DNA from: an uncultured Candidatus Binatia bacterium
GTDB lineage: Bacteria; Desulfobacterota; Binatia; Bin18
Assembly: GCA_965200355.1 (NCBI GenBank)
Contig: OZ241351.1
Span: 1,564,163-1,628,162 of the forward strand
DNA: 64,000 nt
Direction of reading: 5' to 3'
The stretch's first letter is position 1. Each line of letters opens with the position of its first letter. The notes below the pieces were generated by a model. The model did no database searches and was not told where the DNA came from. It saw nothing but the letters and a program-made list of their open reading frames with translations. This document shows, in pieces, positions 1 to 10,029 of the stretch. The position numbers and the translations under genes were made by a program.

Positions 1-801
1 TCGCTGACCCGACTGGCTGGCGAGGCCATCAATAATCTGACCCCCACGGCGAATGTCGGTGGCGAAGCCATTAAAGTCTATCTCCTGCGACAACACGGCG
101 TGGCCGCCGATATTGGCACGGCCTCGGTTGTTGCGGCCAAGACGGCCCTCACCGTTTCTCAGGTGGCCTTTATTGTGCTGGGTCTGCCGTTTTTTCTATA
201 CCGTCTGGATATTGGCTATCATGCCTGGTGGATATTCGGGGCGGTTTTTGTCCTGGCCTACGGGTTTGTGATGGTCCTCGTGCGCTGGCAGCGGCGGGGG
301 CTGGTTGAAAAATGCGTCGGCTGGCTGCGGCATTGGTTTCCCGGCTGGAGCCGGTTGGCGCACTGGCAGGAACGGGCGCAACACATTGATGCACATCTTT
401 TTCATTTGTACGACGGAGACGCCTCCAATTTCATTGCGGCCAGCCTGTATCACTTTCTGGGCTGGGCGGTGGGGGCGGTGGAAGTCTATGTGTTTTTCAT
501 GCTGATGGGCGCCCCGGTCAGTTGGATGGACGCCCTCATTATTGAAACCATGATTCAACCCGTCACGGCTGCGGCCTTAATCATTCCCGGCGCGCTGGGG
601 GTGCGTGAGGCGGGTGGGGTCTTCCTCTGCCGCCTGCTCGGTATTGAGGAGAGCGCTGGTCTGACGCTGATGATTCTCAAACGGGCCCGAGAGGCGGTCT
701 ACAACCTCGTCGGCCTGCTCGTCCTGGCCCGAGCGGGGTATGCCCTCTTCCCGGAGAAAACTCCCCGCCCAGACCCGCGGCTGACCCGGCGTCCGGGCTA
801 G
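1..801 (+). CDS. Partial (5'-truncated by window) integral membrane protein, UPF0104 / lysylphosphatidylglycerol-synthase-TM-region (flippase-like) family
   Basis: Frame 1 is open from nt 1 (SLTRLAGEAINNLTPTANVGGEAIKVYLL...). Multiple hydrophobic helices; the GEAIKVYLL-type motif is typical of the LPG_synthase_TM/UPF0104 family. Stop at 799-801. Confidence 0.5.
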   Translation, partial: SLTRLAGEAINNLTPTANVGGEAIKVYLLRQHGVAADIGTASVVAAKTALTVSQVAFIVLGLPFFLYRLDIGYHAWWIFGAVFVLAYGFVMVLVRWQRRGLVEKCVGWLRHWFPGWSRLAHWQERAQHIDAHLFHLYDGDASNFIAASLYHFLGWAVGAVEVYVFFMLMGAPVSWMDALIIETMIQPVTAAALIIPGALGVREAGGVFLCRLLGIEESAGLTLMILKRAREAVYNLVGLLVLARAGYALFPEKTPRPDPRLTRRPG

Positions 802-3373
802 AACTCAAAGCCGGCTCTGAGATAGTAGAACCCGCCGTTGAAGCCGTAGGGCGAGGTTTTTGGATACTTCGCGCCGGCGATAGTCGCATAGGGATTGCGC
901 TGTGTATACTTGTCAAACAGGTTTTCCGCACCCACCGCGAGCGTCGCCGCCTCCATAAACGGCAGATTCAGGAAGGTATACGAGAGTTCCAGGTCCACGA
1001 GCCAGCGCGCCCCGCTATTGATGGGCAGGGCCAGCTCTTGCAGGTGGGCCTCGTAGAAACTGTCATAAAATGGAGCCGGCTGAGCAACCGCCACGGTCCG
1101 TAGGTGTGGTCAGCCGTCAGCGAAAAGCGAAATTCCGGCAAGTTCTCTTCCATGGTCCGCAGCAGCCACGGCGCGATGACGGCCGGATTATAGCTATCGA
1201 CGGCCATATCGTTCCAGTTGCCCACCAGCATGAACAGGGTGTTGCCGGCGACCGACGTCAACGGATAGGTGGCCACCACATCCACCCCCTGCGTGGTCAG
1301 GTCAGAGTCGTTGGTAAAGAAGTTGACTGTGCTGAAGGAGGAAGCCTCTGCCACCCCTTGGGCCAGCAACGCCTCAACATCCGCCTCTGTCAGGGCCAGC
1401 GGCGAGGTCAGCCAAATGCGGTCTTGGACCTTGATGCGGTAATAGTCCACCGTCACTTCCACCTTGCCCAGGTTGAAGACTGTGCCAATCGAATAATTGA
1501 CCGATTTTTCCGGCTCCAAGGGCTTGCCGCCCTTGACCACGGCGACCGGGTGGTCCGGCGGCAGGGTGCCTTGTTCTACTAATCTCCCCCCGATGAAATT
1601 TGTACTGACTTTGCGGAAATTGGTCTGCCCGACCGTCGGCGCGCGAAAACCCGAGCCGACCGAGCCGCGCACTGCAAAATTTTCCAGAAATTGCCAGCGC
1701 GCCGACGCCTTGCCGTTCAGCGTATCGCCGATTTTTTCATAGTCCTCATACCGGCCGGCGAGAGCGATGGTCAGGTTTTTGAACACCTCCGCTTCCAGGT
1801 CCAGATAGCCGCCGTAGCTGTTCCAGCGATGGGTGCCGGCCACACTCGGGCTGTGAAGCCTTGAAAGCCGTTGGAACCGATGCTGAATCCCTGCCGGGCT
1901 ATGCCCTCGTCGCTGAACCAGGAGTTCGGGTCGCCAGATTTGATCTCGAACTCCTCTTCCCGGTACTCCAGCCCGAAGGCCAAGTGCAAGGCCGAATAGA
2001 ACAGTCCGACATCGAACGGCCGAGAGATGTCGAAGTTAAACGTCTTGTCAAACTCCCGGTAGCCGCCAGGCTCATACGAGGTCGGAACATTCATCCGCAT
2101 GGCAACCAGATTCGGATTGACGGTATTGTGCATGAAAAAGGACGCAGTGTGATGTCCAAACGAGGCGCTGACGTCATAGGACCAGCCATCGAGCAGCCTC
2201 AGGCCGGTGCTGGAGAGTTCGCCGCGGAGCCCAAAGGCGATACTCCAGTCCTCAACAACCCCACCGAAACGGGGTGTGAACCCGCCCGGAAACCGCTCGT
2301 TGAAAGCCCAGCAGTGCTCGGGCAAGGCCGCCAACGCCTGGTCGTAGTTCGCCGCCGGGTTTTGGAAGACGGTCGGCCGGCCGTCTTCCTCAGGCCCCTG
2401 AAATACGCTGCCACGGGTGTTGGGATTGCGGTAGAAGAAGCCACCCTCGACCTTGCGCTCGGCATAATTGCCAAAGGCGTACAGCCGGCTGTTGATCTCC
2501 TCCAAGTCCAAGCCGAGGTTGCCGAAGAATTTGTAGTCGTATTGCACCTCTGGCGCGCCCCAAATCTGGGCCGCCGGCCGCCGCACGTGTTCGTTCCCGG
2601 CCTCAATCAGCCCGCGCGCATCGCTGCGTTGCACGCTGCGGCTGGTCTCGTCGGCATTCAGAAACTCGAAGCTGAAGTTGGCAAAGCCGTGCTCGGTCAG
2701 GGGCACGCCCAGATTGGCGGCCACTTGCACCTTGTCGCCGTCTCCGTGGTAGTTCTGGCCATAGCTGGTCTGGACGCTCAGCCCCTCGGTGTCTTCGCGC
2801 AGCTTGAAGTTCATCACGCCGGCAATGGCGTCCGAGCCATATTGAGCCGCGGCCCCGTCGCGCAGCACCTCAACTTGCTCCAGGGCAATGGCGGGAATCA
2901 CGGAAACGTCTGGAGCCTAAGAACCGTCCGAGACCCCACCTCCCAGAAAGGTAATCACCGAGGCGCGGTGGCGGCGTTTGCCGTTGACCAACACGAGGGT
3001 AGAGTCCGACGGCAGCCCGCGTAGCGTGGCTGGCCGCACGAGCGTCGCCGCGTCGCTGATGGGTTGTTGGTTGACGTTATAAGACGGCACGGTGGCCGAC
3101 AGCAGGGAGTCCATATCCCGAATGCCGTAGGTCTGTAAGTCTTCGCTCTGAATGACATCCACCGGCACCAGTGAATCCTGGGCCGAACGACCCGCCACCC
3201 GAGAGCCGATGACCCGGAGTTCTTCAAGACCAAGGACCTGTTCCTGTTGTCCGGGCTTGGGCTTCGGCCGGCTCTGGTGCCGCCGTCTCTTGCGCGCCAA
3301 TCCCCAGGGCGCTGGTAAGGATGAACACCCCCGCGAAAAGATACGACTGCCACCACTGACACTGCCTCATATT
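798..3373 (-). pseudogene. Degraded TonB-dependent outer-membrane receptor (upstream paralog of the 3483..6131 gene), broken into >=4 frame fragments
   Basis: ORF fragments 798..1094, 968..1843, 1771..2901, 2917..3300 and the signal-peptide piece MRQCQWWQSYLFAGVFILTSALG (3224..3412, a third frame) together tile a TonB receptor: plug domain, beta-barrel, C-terminal ...YYLRAGFEF. They sit in different frames, so there are several frameshifts. A 150-aa stretch is identical to the intact copy. Confidence 0.7.
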
Positions 3374-3482
3374 GCTTCCCCTCCTCCCGAGTGTCCTGTG
3401 TCGCTTTTCCACCTCAACGCGGGGGCTGGTGTGAAGGCCACCTCCCCCGCGTCATCCGCAAGACCGGCCAGGATGTCCGGGC

Positions 3483-6131
3483 TTAGAACTCGAAGCCGGC
3501 CCGCAGATAGTAGAACCCGCCGTTGAAGCCGTAGGGCGAGGTTTCCGGGTATTTCAGGCCGGCACCAGCCGCTTGCGGGTTCCTGCGCGGGTACTGATCA
3601 AAGATGTTTTCCGCGCCAAAGGCGACGGTCGCCGCCTGCATAAACGGCAGGTTCAGGAAGGTGTACGAGAGTTCCATATCGACCAGAAAGCGCTCGCCGG
3701 CATTAAAGCCGAAGCTGCCGTCGGTCGGGTAGTCGCGGAAACGGTCGTAGAAATACAACCGGGACAGGAAGCGCCACGGCCCCCAGTTGTGGTCGGCTGT
3801 CAGCGAGAACCGGAACTGCGGCAGGCCCTCTTCGATTTGCCGTACCAGCTTATCACTGATGAACTCTGGGGTGCGGCTGTCCACTTCGGTCTTATTCCAG
3901 TTGCCGACGAGCGTGAACTGCGTAAAGCCAGCCACCGATTGCAGCGGGTAGCTCGCTACCACGTCGATGCCCTGGGTGGTGGTGTCGAAGTCGTTGGTGT
4001 AGAAGCGGAGCACCGATATCTGGTTCGGCCCGACCACGGCGTCGAATTCTGCCCGGCTGATGCCCCGCTTGGCGAGTTCGTCGGCCACATTAAAGCGGCT
4101 GCTGCGAACGATGCGGTCCTGCATCTTGATACGATAATAATCGACGGTGACATCGACATCGGCCACGTTGAAGACAAGGCCGGCCGAATAGTTGACAGAT
4201 TTTTCTGGCGTCAAATCGCTGGCGCCGAAGAAGACCGAAGCCGGATGGTAGGCCGGAAAGGTGGCGTCGTCCACTAACAGGCCGTCTGAAAACGACGTCG
4301 TAATTTTGTTCACATTGGCTTGGCCGGGTGTGGGGGCGCGGAAGCCCGAGCTGACCGCTCCGCGCACGGCCAGCATCTCCACCGCCTGCCAGCGGGCCGA
4401 CACCTTCCCGTTGACGGACTCGCCGATTGGATCGTCAAAGTTCTCATACCGGCCGGCCACGCCCAGGGTCAGGGACCGAATCACTTCGGCCTCCAGGTCC
4501 ATATACAGGGCGTAATTCTTCCGCTCATAGTCACCGACGATATTGGGTCCGAATCCGGTAAACCCGTTCGAGCCAACGCCCAGCCCCTGCGGCCCGAAGC
4601 GGTCGAAGTCGGCATACCAGGAGTTTTCGCCCCCGAGTTTCACCTCATATTCTTCAATGTGATACTCGAAGCCGAACGCCATGTTCAGGTCGGAGTAGAG
4701 GAGGCTGCCGAGGTCCACGGGCCGGGAGATGTCCAGATTGAACGTCTTTTCGGTTTGGGAGACACCGCCCGGTCGGTACTCGGTTGGGATGGCGGTCCGC
4801 ATATCGGCCAACTGCGGGTTGATGGTGTTGAGCATGAAATAGTCCACGCTGTTCTCGCCGAAGTAGGCGCTCACATCGTAATACCAGCCGTTGAGCAGGG
4901 CGGAGGCGCTTTCCAGGGTTCCGGTCAGGCCAAAGGCGATGCTCCAGTCCTGCACGTAGCCGCCGAAGCGGGGAGTAAAACCGCCGGGAAAGCGCTCGAT
5001 GAACGAAAAGCAGTCCGGGCCGTTATCGGCAACTTCTCCAAATTGGGGCACGTTGCCGCGGAGAGGAATATCGCGACAGCCGCCCGACCTGCCGTCGGGC
5101 GACAGGTCAATCACCTTGACGGTGGGGGTGCCGTCTTCCAGCGAGTCGCCCCTGAAGACCCCCCCACGGGTATGAGGATTACGGAAATAGAAGCCACCCT
5201 CGACCTTGCGCTCGGCATAATTGCCAAAGGCGTACAGCCGGCTGTTGATCTCCTCCAAGTCCAAGCCGAGGTTGCCGAAGAATTTGTAGTCGTATTGCAC
5301 CTCTGGCGCGCCCCAAATCTGGGCCGCCGGCCGCCGCACGTGTTCGTTCCCGGCCTCAATCAGCCCGCGCGCATCGCTGCGTTGCACGCTGCGGCTGGTC
5401 TCGTCGGCATTCAGAAACTCGAAGCTGAAGTTGGCAAAGCCGTGCTCGGTCAGGGGCACGCCCAGATTGGCGGCCACTTGCACCTTGTCGCCGTCTCCGT
5501 GGTAGTTCTGGCCATAGCTGGTCTGGACGCTCAGCCCCTCGGTGTCTTCGCGCAGCTTGAAGTTCATCACGCCGGCAATGGCGTCCGAGCCATATTGAGC
5601 CGCGGCCCCGTCGCGCAGCACCTCAACCCGCTCCAGGGCAATGGACGGGATCGTGGAAATGTCGGCCCCCTGCGCTCCCCTGGAGTTCGGAGACCCCAGG
5701 AAATTGATCACCGACCCACGGTGGCGGCGTTTGCCGTTGACCAGCACCAGGGTGGAGTCCGGCGGCAACCCGCGTAGCGTGGCTGGTCGCACGAAGGTGG
5801 ACTCGTCGCTGATGGGTTCCTGGCCGACATTATAAGACGGCACGGTGGCCGACAGCAGGGAGTCCATGTCCCGAATGCCGTAGGTCTGCAAGTCTTCGCC
5901 CTGAATAACATCCACCGGCGCCGGCGAATCCTGGGCCGAACGACCCGCCACACGGGAGCCGACCACGCGTAGGTCGCCCAAGTCTATGATATCTGTTGAT
6001 GCCGCCGCCTCCGTCTCTTGAGCCGCGGCTGGTTCTTGCTGGTTCGTGTCTTGCGCTTCAGCCGCAGAGACACCCATCACGGTCAACACACTCACCAAAA
6101 GGCCGACCTGCCACCACTTCAGCTTTCTCAT
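3483..6131 (-). CDS. TonB-dependent outer-membrane receptor (882 aa), intact
   Basis: N-terminal signal peptide (MRKLKWWQVGLLVSVLTVMGVSAAEA). Plug motifs (DLQTYGIRDMDSLL, TLVLVNGKRR). Long barrel region. C-terminal aromatic ...LRAGFEF. Strong SD GAAGGAGG 8 nt upstream of the ATG at 6131. Confidence 0.9.
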   Translation of the reverse strand: MRKLKWWQVGLLVSVLTVMGVSAAEAQDTNQQEPAAAQETEAAASTDIIDLGDLRVVGSRVAGRSAQDSPAPVDVIQGEDLQTYGIRDMDSLLSATVPSYNVGQEPISDESTFVRPATLRGLPPDSTLVLVNGKRRHRGSVINFLGSPNSRGAQGADISTIPSIALERVEVLRDGAAAQYGSDAIAGVMNFKLREDTEGLSVQTSYGQNYHGDGDKVQVAANLGVPLTEHGFANFSFEFLNADETSRSVQRSDARGLIEAGNEHVRRPAAQIWGAPEVQYDYKFFGNLGLDLEEINSRLYAFGNYAERKVEGGFYFRNPHTRGGVFRGDSLEDGTPTVKVIDLSPDGRSGGCRDIPLRGNVPQFGEVADNGPDCFSFIERFPGGFTPRFGGYVQDWSIAFGLTGTLESASALLNGWYYDVSAYFGENSVDYFMLNTINPQLADMRTAIPTEYRPGGVSQTEKTFNLDISRPVDLGSLLYSDLNMAFGFEYHIEEYEVKLGGENSWYADFDRFGPQGLGVGSNGFTGFGPNIVGDYERKNYALYMDLEAEVIRSLTLGVAGRYENFDDPIGESVNGKVSARWQAVEMLAVRGAVSSGFRAPTPGQANVNKITTSFSDGLLVDDATFPAYHPASVFFGASDLTPEKSVNYSAGLVFNVADVDVTVDYYRIKMQDRIVRSSRFNVADELAKRGISRAEFDAVVGPNQISVLRFYTNDFDTTTQGIDVVASYPLQSVAGFTQFTLVGNWNKTEVDSRTPEFISDKLVRQIEEGLPQFRFSLTADHNWGPWRFLSRLYFYDRFRDYPTDGSFGFNAGERFLVDMELSYTFLNLPFMQAATVAFGAENIFDQYPRRNPQAAGAGLKYPETSPYGFNGGFYYLRAGFEF

Positions 6132-6151
6132 CGCACTCCTCCTTCACCAGA

Positions 6152-6340
6152 AACTTCTACAAGCCTTTGCCAACTTCTACAAGCCTTTGCCAACTTCTAC
6201 AAGCCTTTGCCAACTTCTACAAGCCTTTGCCAACTTCTACAAGCCTTTGCCAACTTCTACAAGCCTTTGCCAACTTCTACAAGCCTTTGCCAACTTCTAC
6301 AAGCCTTTGCCAACTTCTACAAGCCTTTGCCAACTTCTAC
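6152..6340. repeat. Perfect 20-bp tandem direct repeat (unit CTTCTACAAGCCTTTGCCAA), ~9.5 copies, in the divergent intergenic region between the TonB receptor and hpnJ
   Basis: Counted directly: AAGCCTTTGC recurs at 6161, 6181, ... 6321 (9 times) with exact 20-bp period. The array begins ~20 nt upstream of the receptor start codon. Confidence 0.95.
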
Positions 6341-6374
6341 CTAATCCCTGGCTTTCCCTCTTGGCTGCCCATGT

Positions 6375-6400
6375 GTATAATGCCGGGCTTTATAAGGAGA
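6375..6400 (+). promoter_or_regulatory. Putative sigma70 -10 (TGTGTATAAT) and SD (AAGGAG) for hpnJ
   Basis: TATAAT preceded by TG-rich sequence about 25 nt upstream of the ATG at 6411. AAGGAGAG lies 10 nt upstream of the ATG. No good -35 hexamer. Confidence 0.3.
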
Positions 6401-6410
6401 GCAGCACGAC

Positions 6411-7853
6411 ATGCGGACATTGTTCTTGAATCCACCTGCGTATGAAAACTTCGATGGAGGCGCCGGCTCACGCTATCAGGCGACTCGGGAGGTCTGGTCG
6501 TTCTGGTACCCGACCTGGCTGTGCTATCCGGCCGGCATGATTGACAACAGCCGCGTTCTGGACGCCCCGCCCGAAGGCTTGAATCAGGCCCAGACCGTTG
6601 AAATCGCCCAAGCGTACGATTTTGTTGTGCTGCACACCAGTACCCCGTCGGTCAAACTGGATGCGCAGACCGCGGAGTTAATAAAAGAAAAGAATCCGGC
6701 CTGCCACATCGCCTTTGTGGGCGGTCAGGCCACGGCTGAGACGGAGAAGACCTTACAGATTTCTGAGGCCATTGATATCGTCGCGCGAAAAGAGTTTGAC
6801 TACTCCATGAAGGAAGTCGCTGAGGGCTGGGAGTGGAAAGATATCCGCGGCATCAGCTATCGTCAGGACGGACACATCCATCACAATCTTGACCGTCCGA
6901 CGCTGACCAATGAAGAGCTTGACCAATTGCCCTTTGTCACCCAGATTTATGATCGGGATTTGGACTTCCGCAAGTATAACAGCCCGTATTGCCAGTATCC
7001 GTATGTGTCGTTATACACCGGCCGGGGCTGTCCGGCGCGCTGTACGTTTTGTCTGTGGCCGCAGGTGACCACCGGCCATTCCTACCGCACCCGCTCGGTG
7101 GGCAATGTCATTGAGGAAGTGCAGGAAATGCAGCGCCTCTTTCCAGGGATGAAAGAAGTCTTCTTTGATGACGACACGTTTACGGCCGACCCGAAACGCG
7201 CCCGTGAGATCGCCAAAAAAATGGGCCGTCTCGGCCTGTGCTGGTCCACGAATGCCCGCGGCAATGTTGACTACGAGACCCTCAAGGTGCTGAAAGATGG
7301 CGGGCTGCGGCTGTTTGTGGTCGGCTATGAGTCGGGCAACGCTGCCATTCTCAAAAATATCAAAAAAGGCGTGGCCCTCGAAACCTCGCGGCGGTTTACG
7401 CGGGACTGCCACCAGCTTGGTATCCTGATCCACGGCACCTTTATTCTGGGCCTGCCGGGAGAAACCCGTGAGACCATGCAGGAGACCATGCGTTTCGCCC
7501 GGGAGATGAATCCAGAAACCATTCAGGTCTCCTTGGCTTCCCCCTATCCTGGCACCGCCTTCTACGATTTCGCCCTTGACAACGGCTATATCAAGGCCGA
7601 GGACATGGTGGGTGAGTCGGGCTATCAGCAGTGCGTGATTAACTATCCCAACCTGTCCGGGGAAGAAATTTTTGAAACGGTTGAGAAATTTTACCGCTCG
7701 TACTACCTCCGTCCGCGCTATATCTTCAAAGCCGTCAAAAAGATGGCGCGCGACCCGGAGGAGCGCAAACGGATGTGGCAGGAAGGCAAAGATTTTTTCC
7801 GTACCATGCGCAAACGGCGGGAGATGAACGTCTCGTCTTCTCCGGCGGTCTAG
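6411..7853 (+). CDS. hpnJ: Hopanoid-biosynthesis-associated B12-binding radical SAM protein HpnJ (cyclitol-ether/ring-contraction enzyme)
   Basis: 480 aa. N-terminal B12-binding-like domain plus radical SAM core (YTGRGCPARCTFC). The conserved C-terminal region is typical of the HpnJ family. Immediately followed by a GT2/GT21 glycosyltransferase (hpnI) and a YdjC-family gene (hpnK), the canonical hpnIJK context. Confidence 0.75.
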   Translation: MRTLFLNPPAYENFDGGAGSRYQATREVWSFWYPTWLCYPAGMIDNSRVLDAPPEGLNQAQTVEIAQAYDFVVLHTSTPSVKLDAQTAELIKEKNPACHIAFVGGQATAETEKTLQISEAIDIVARKEFDYSMKEVAEGWEWKDIRGISYRQDGHIHHNLDRPTLTNEELDQLPFVTQIYDRDLDFRKYNSPYCQYPYVSLYTGRGCPARCTFCLWPQVTTGHSYRTRSVGNVIEEVQEMQRLFPGMKEVFFDDDTFTADPKRAREIAKKMGRLGLCWSTNARGNVDYETLKVLKDGGLRLFVVGYESGNAAILKNIKKGVALETSRRFTRDCHQLGILIHGTFILGLPGETRETMQETMRFAREMNPETIQVSLASPYPGTAFYDFALDNGYIKAEDMVGESGYQQCVINYPNLSGEEIFETVEKFYRSYYLRPRYIFKAVKKMARDPEERKRMWQEGKDFFRTMRKRREMNVSSSPAV

Positions 7854-7878
7854 CGCGTCTCCTCCCGACCGGGGGGAG

Positions 7879-9108
7879 ATGGTGTCTGACTTCCATGTCC
7901 CACAAGAAGACACCTGCCCCAACGCTGGAGATTGGGAGAGGATGGGGACGTTTATTCTGCTGATCGTCTTCTGGTTCCTGGCCGGCCTGCTGTGCTGTGC
8001 CCTGGCCTATTGCCTCTTTAGTGTCTATGCGGCCTGGCGCTTTTTCCGCTCGCGTCCGACGCCTCCCACTCCCCTGCCCCCGGTCACGATGCTCAAGCCG
8101 CTCAAAGGCGCACCGCCCGACCTGTATGACAGTCTGGCAAGCTTTTGCCAGCTCGATTACCCGACTTTTCAAATCCTGTGCGGCGTCCGTGACCCCGATG
8201 ACCCGGCCGCGGCGGTTGTGACCAAAGTGCAGCACGACTTTCCCCAGTGCGATATTTCCCTGGTTGTTGCGCCGGCGGTGATTGGGACCAATTACAAGGT
8301 CAGCACCCTGCACCACCTGACCGCCCAGATGAAGTATGACTATCTGGTCATTACCGATAGTGATGTCCGGGTTGCCCCCGACTACTTGCGAACAATCATC
8401 CCCCCCTTGACCCAGCCGGAAACCGGACTGGTGACCTGTGTGTATCGCGGCGGTTCCCGCCGGCCCGTACCAGCCCTGCTGGAATCGCTGATGATTAACA
8501 CGACTTTTACCACCCAGGTCGTGGTCGCCAGCCAGGTAGAACAGCCCTCGTATGCCTTTGGCGCAACCATGGCGCTTAAACGCGCCGGCCTCGACGCGAT
8601 TGGGGGGTTTGCCCGGCTGTCTGATTATCTGGCAGACGACTATTATCTTGGATATTTCATTGCCCAGGCTGGGTATCAGATTCGCGTGCTGCCCGCTGTC
8701 GTGGAAACCCGCCCAGACGCGGGTTCGTTGCGCGAGTTGTTTACTCATCAGTTGCGTTGGGCGCGGACGCAACGCAACTGTCGGCCCGGCGGGTATATCG
8801 GGACGGTGGTGACGTTTGGCACGGTCTGGGCCGGCGTCAGCTTGGGCTGTTTTTGGGCGTCGGTCGAGATGACGGTTCTTGCCCTCAGCGTCCTCGGGCT
8901 ACGCCTGCTGAGCGCTGCTCTGATGAACGCGGTTTTTCTCCAATCGAGGCTGCCGCGGTCGGCTCTTCTGCTGACCCCACTCACCGACCTGATCTCTTTT
9001 GTGGTCTGGTGTGCCAGCTTGTGGGGCAACACGGTCCGTTGGCGGGAGTATACCTTCCGGCTCAAAAAAGATGGGCGTATGGTGCGCGTCAGTTCAGTTA
9101 AGCCCTGA
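7879..9108 (+). CDS. hpnI: Hopanoid-associated family-2/21 glycosyltransferase HpnI (N-acetylglucosaminyl transferase onto bacteriohopanetetrol)
   Basis: N-terminal TM helix. GT-A fold motifs (YLVITDSDV DxD-like, QLRWARTQ). Membrane C-terminus. The start may be the ATG at 7942, which has a GGGAGAGG SD. Gene order hpnJ-hpnI-hpnK. Confidence 0.7.
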   Translation: MVSDFHVPQEDTCPNAGDWERMGTFILLIVFWFLAGLLCCALAYCLFSVYAAWRFFRSRPTPPTPLPPVTMLKPLKGAPPDLYDSLASFCQLDYPTFQILCGVRDPDDPAAAVVTKVQHDFPQCDISLVVAPAVIGTNYKVSTLHHLTAQMKYDYLVITDSDVRVAPDYLRTIIPPLTQPETGLVTCVYRGGSRRPVPALLESLMINTTFTTQVVVASQVEQPSYAFGATMALKRAGLDAIGGFARLSDYLADDYYLGYFIAQAGYQIRVLPAVVETRPDAGSLRELFTHQLRWARTQRNCRPGGYIGTVVTFGTVWAGVSLGCFWASVEMTVLALSVLGLRLLSAALMNAVFLQSRLPRSALLLTPLTDLISFVVWCASLWGNTVRWREYTFRLKKDGRMVRVSSVKP

Positions 9109-10023
9109 TGCTTGTGTTCCCGCACGCAGCCCAGGCAGGGCGCAGTACGGCACGAGTCGAATGTCCTGTTGAACGAGCAGCTCGCGCACGGTCGGATTCG
9201 TCAGCGCGGCCAGCTCAACATCTCGGCGATAGGTCGGCGTCCAGCGTTCGACCTCGGGACACGGCCGGCCGGCCGGATGGCAGTACAGTTCCGTGACACC
9301 GGCTTGGAGGCGCGGGAACAGGCCCCGCAGATAGGGGGCATCCAGCGCGCCGCTTTGATGCAGGCCAAACAGATGGTCCGGGTAGGGGATGCCGGCCTGC
9401 CGCAGCTTTTTTGCTGTTATCCGGGCGAGGGGGGTAAAGACCACAGACTCTCCGCGTTTCCTCAATGCCTGGCGTGGGTCAATTGTCAGGCTGGTCGCCA
9501 GGTCTTCGCGGGTCAGACGCATAGCCGGGATAGGGTATTCCTGGGCGAGGGCCAGAAGAACGTCCATAACGACCGGGTGCATATGGATGTTGAGATGGCC
9601 ATCAATATGGGACAGGGGTAAGCCGGTGTTCAGAAAACGTTCAATCTGAGCACGGCACTCGACCCGGATTTCTTGCCGCGCCCGTGGGGAAAAATAATAC
9701 TGCAAGCCGGACCGGATTGGAGCCTGGCTGAAATTCCCCTGACTATCGGTGATCGCGCGTAGGTGCGGTTTGGAGAGCACCGCCCGCCCCTGGACTAAGG
9801 TCAGATGCAGGCCAACCCCGAGGCTTGGTGTTGAGCGGGCGAGGTCAACCGCTGCCTCCCAGGCCGGCGCCGTGACCATGAGGCTGGTATTGGTCAGAAT
9901 GCCCTGCTGATGGGCGTGTAATATGCCGGTATTGACCTGAGTGGACAGGCCGAAGTCGTCTCCGTTGACGATGAGATAGCGGGCGGCGGGGCCGGCCGGC
10001 TCCGCTCTTGCCTTTAGCGGCAC
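9094..10023 (-). CDS. hpnK: YdjC/ChbG-family carbohydrate deacetylase, HpnK-like (deacetylation of GlcNAc-BHT)
   Basis: LIVNGDDFGLS...NTGILHAHQQGILT N-terminus and H/D metal-binding residues are typical of the YdjC (ChbG) family. Convergent with hpnI, overlapping it by 15 nt. Confidence 0.7.
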   Translation of the reverse strand: MPLKARAEPAGPAARYLIVNGDDFGLSTQVNTGILHAHQQGILTNTSLMVTAPAWEAAVDLARSTPSLGVGLHLTLVQGRAVLSKPHLRAITDSQGNFSQAPIRSGLQYYFSPRARQEIRVECRAQIERFLNTGLPLSHIDGHLNIHMHPVVMDVLLALAQEYPIPAMRLTREDLATSLTIDPRQALRKRGESVVFTPLARITAKKLRQAGIPYPDHLFGLHQSGALDAPYLRGLFPRLQAGVTELYCHPAGRPCPEVERWTPTYRRDVELAALTNPTVRELLVQQDIRLVPYCALPGLRAGTQASGLN

Positions 10024-10029
10024 GGAATC

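Noticed and set aside
1861-3024. Long + strand ORFs (1861..3024, 3573..4277, 4320..5777) opposite the TonB receptor genes
   Set aside because: They are antisense shadows of the receptor reading frames in high-GC DNA. Their sequences are low-complexity (Gly/Ala/Arg/Val-rich) with no domain signatures.
3430-3475. Hairpin GCGGGGGCTGGTGTGAAGGCCACCTCCCCCGC downstream of the intact TonB receptor as an intrinsic terminator
   Set aside because: An imperfect stem is present, but no U-tract follows on the transcribed strand, so function is uncertain. Not listed as a feature.
6152-6340. Possible CRISPR array
   Set aside because: Units are contiguous identical 20-mers with no unique spacers and no cas genes nearby. 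This is a simple tandem repeat.
6131-6411. Cobalamin riboswitch upstream of the TonB receptor or of B12-dependent hpnJ
   Set aside because: The intergenic space is almost entirely the 20-bp repeat. No B12-box-like conserved core is recognisable.
5996-6445. Three overlapping + strand ORFs translating to repeated ...FANFYKPLPTSTSLCQLLQA...
   Set aside because: They are pure translations of the 20-bp tandem repeat array, and 20 is not a multiple of 3, so each frame reads the same unit. Not genes.
7011-8772. Long minus-strand ORFs 7011..7922 and 7735..8772 opposite hpnJ/hpnI
   Set aside because: Antisense shadows of well-supported genes, without motifs.
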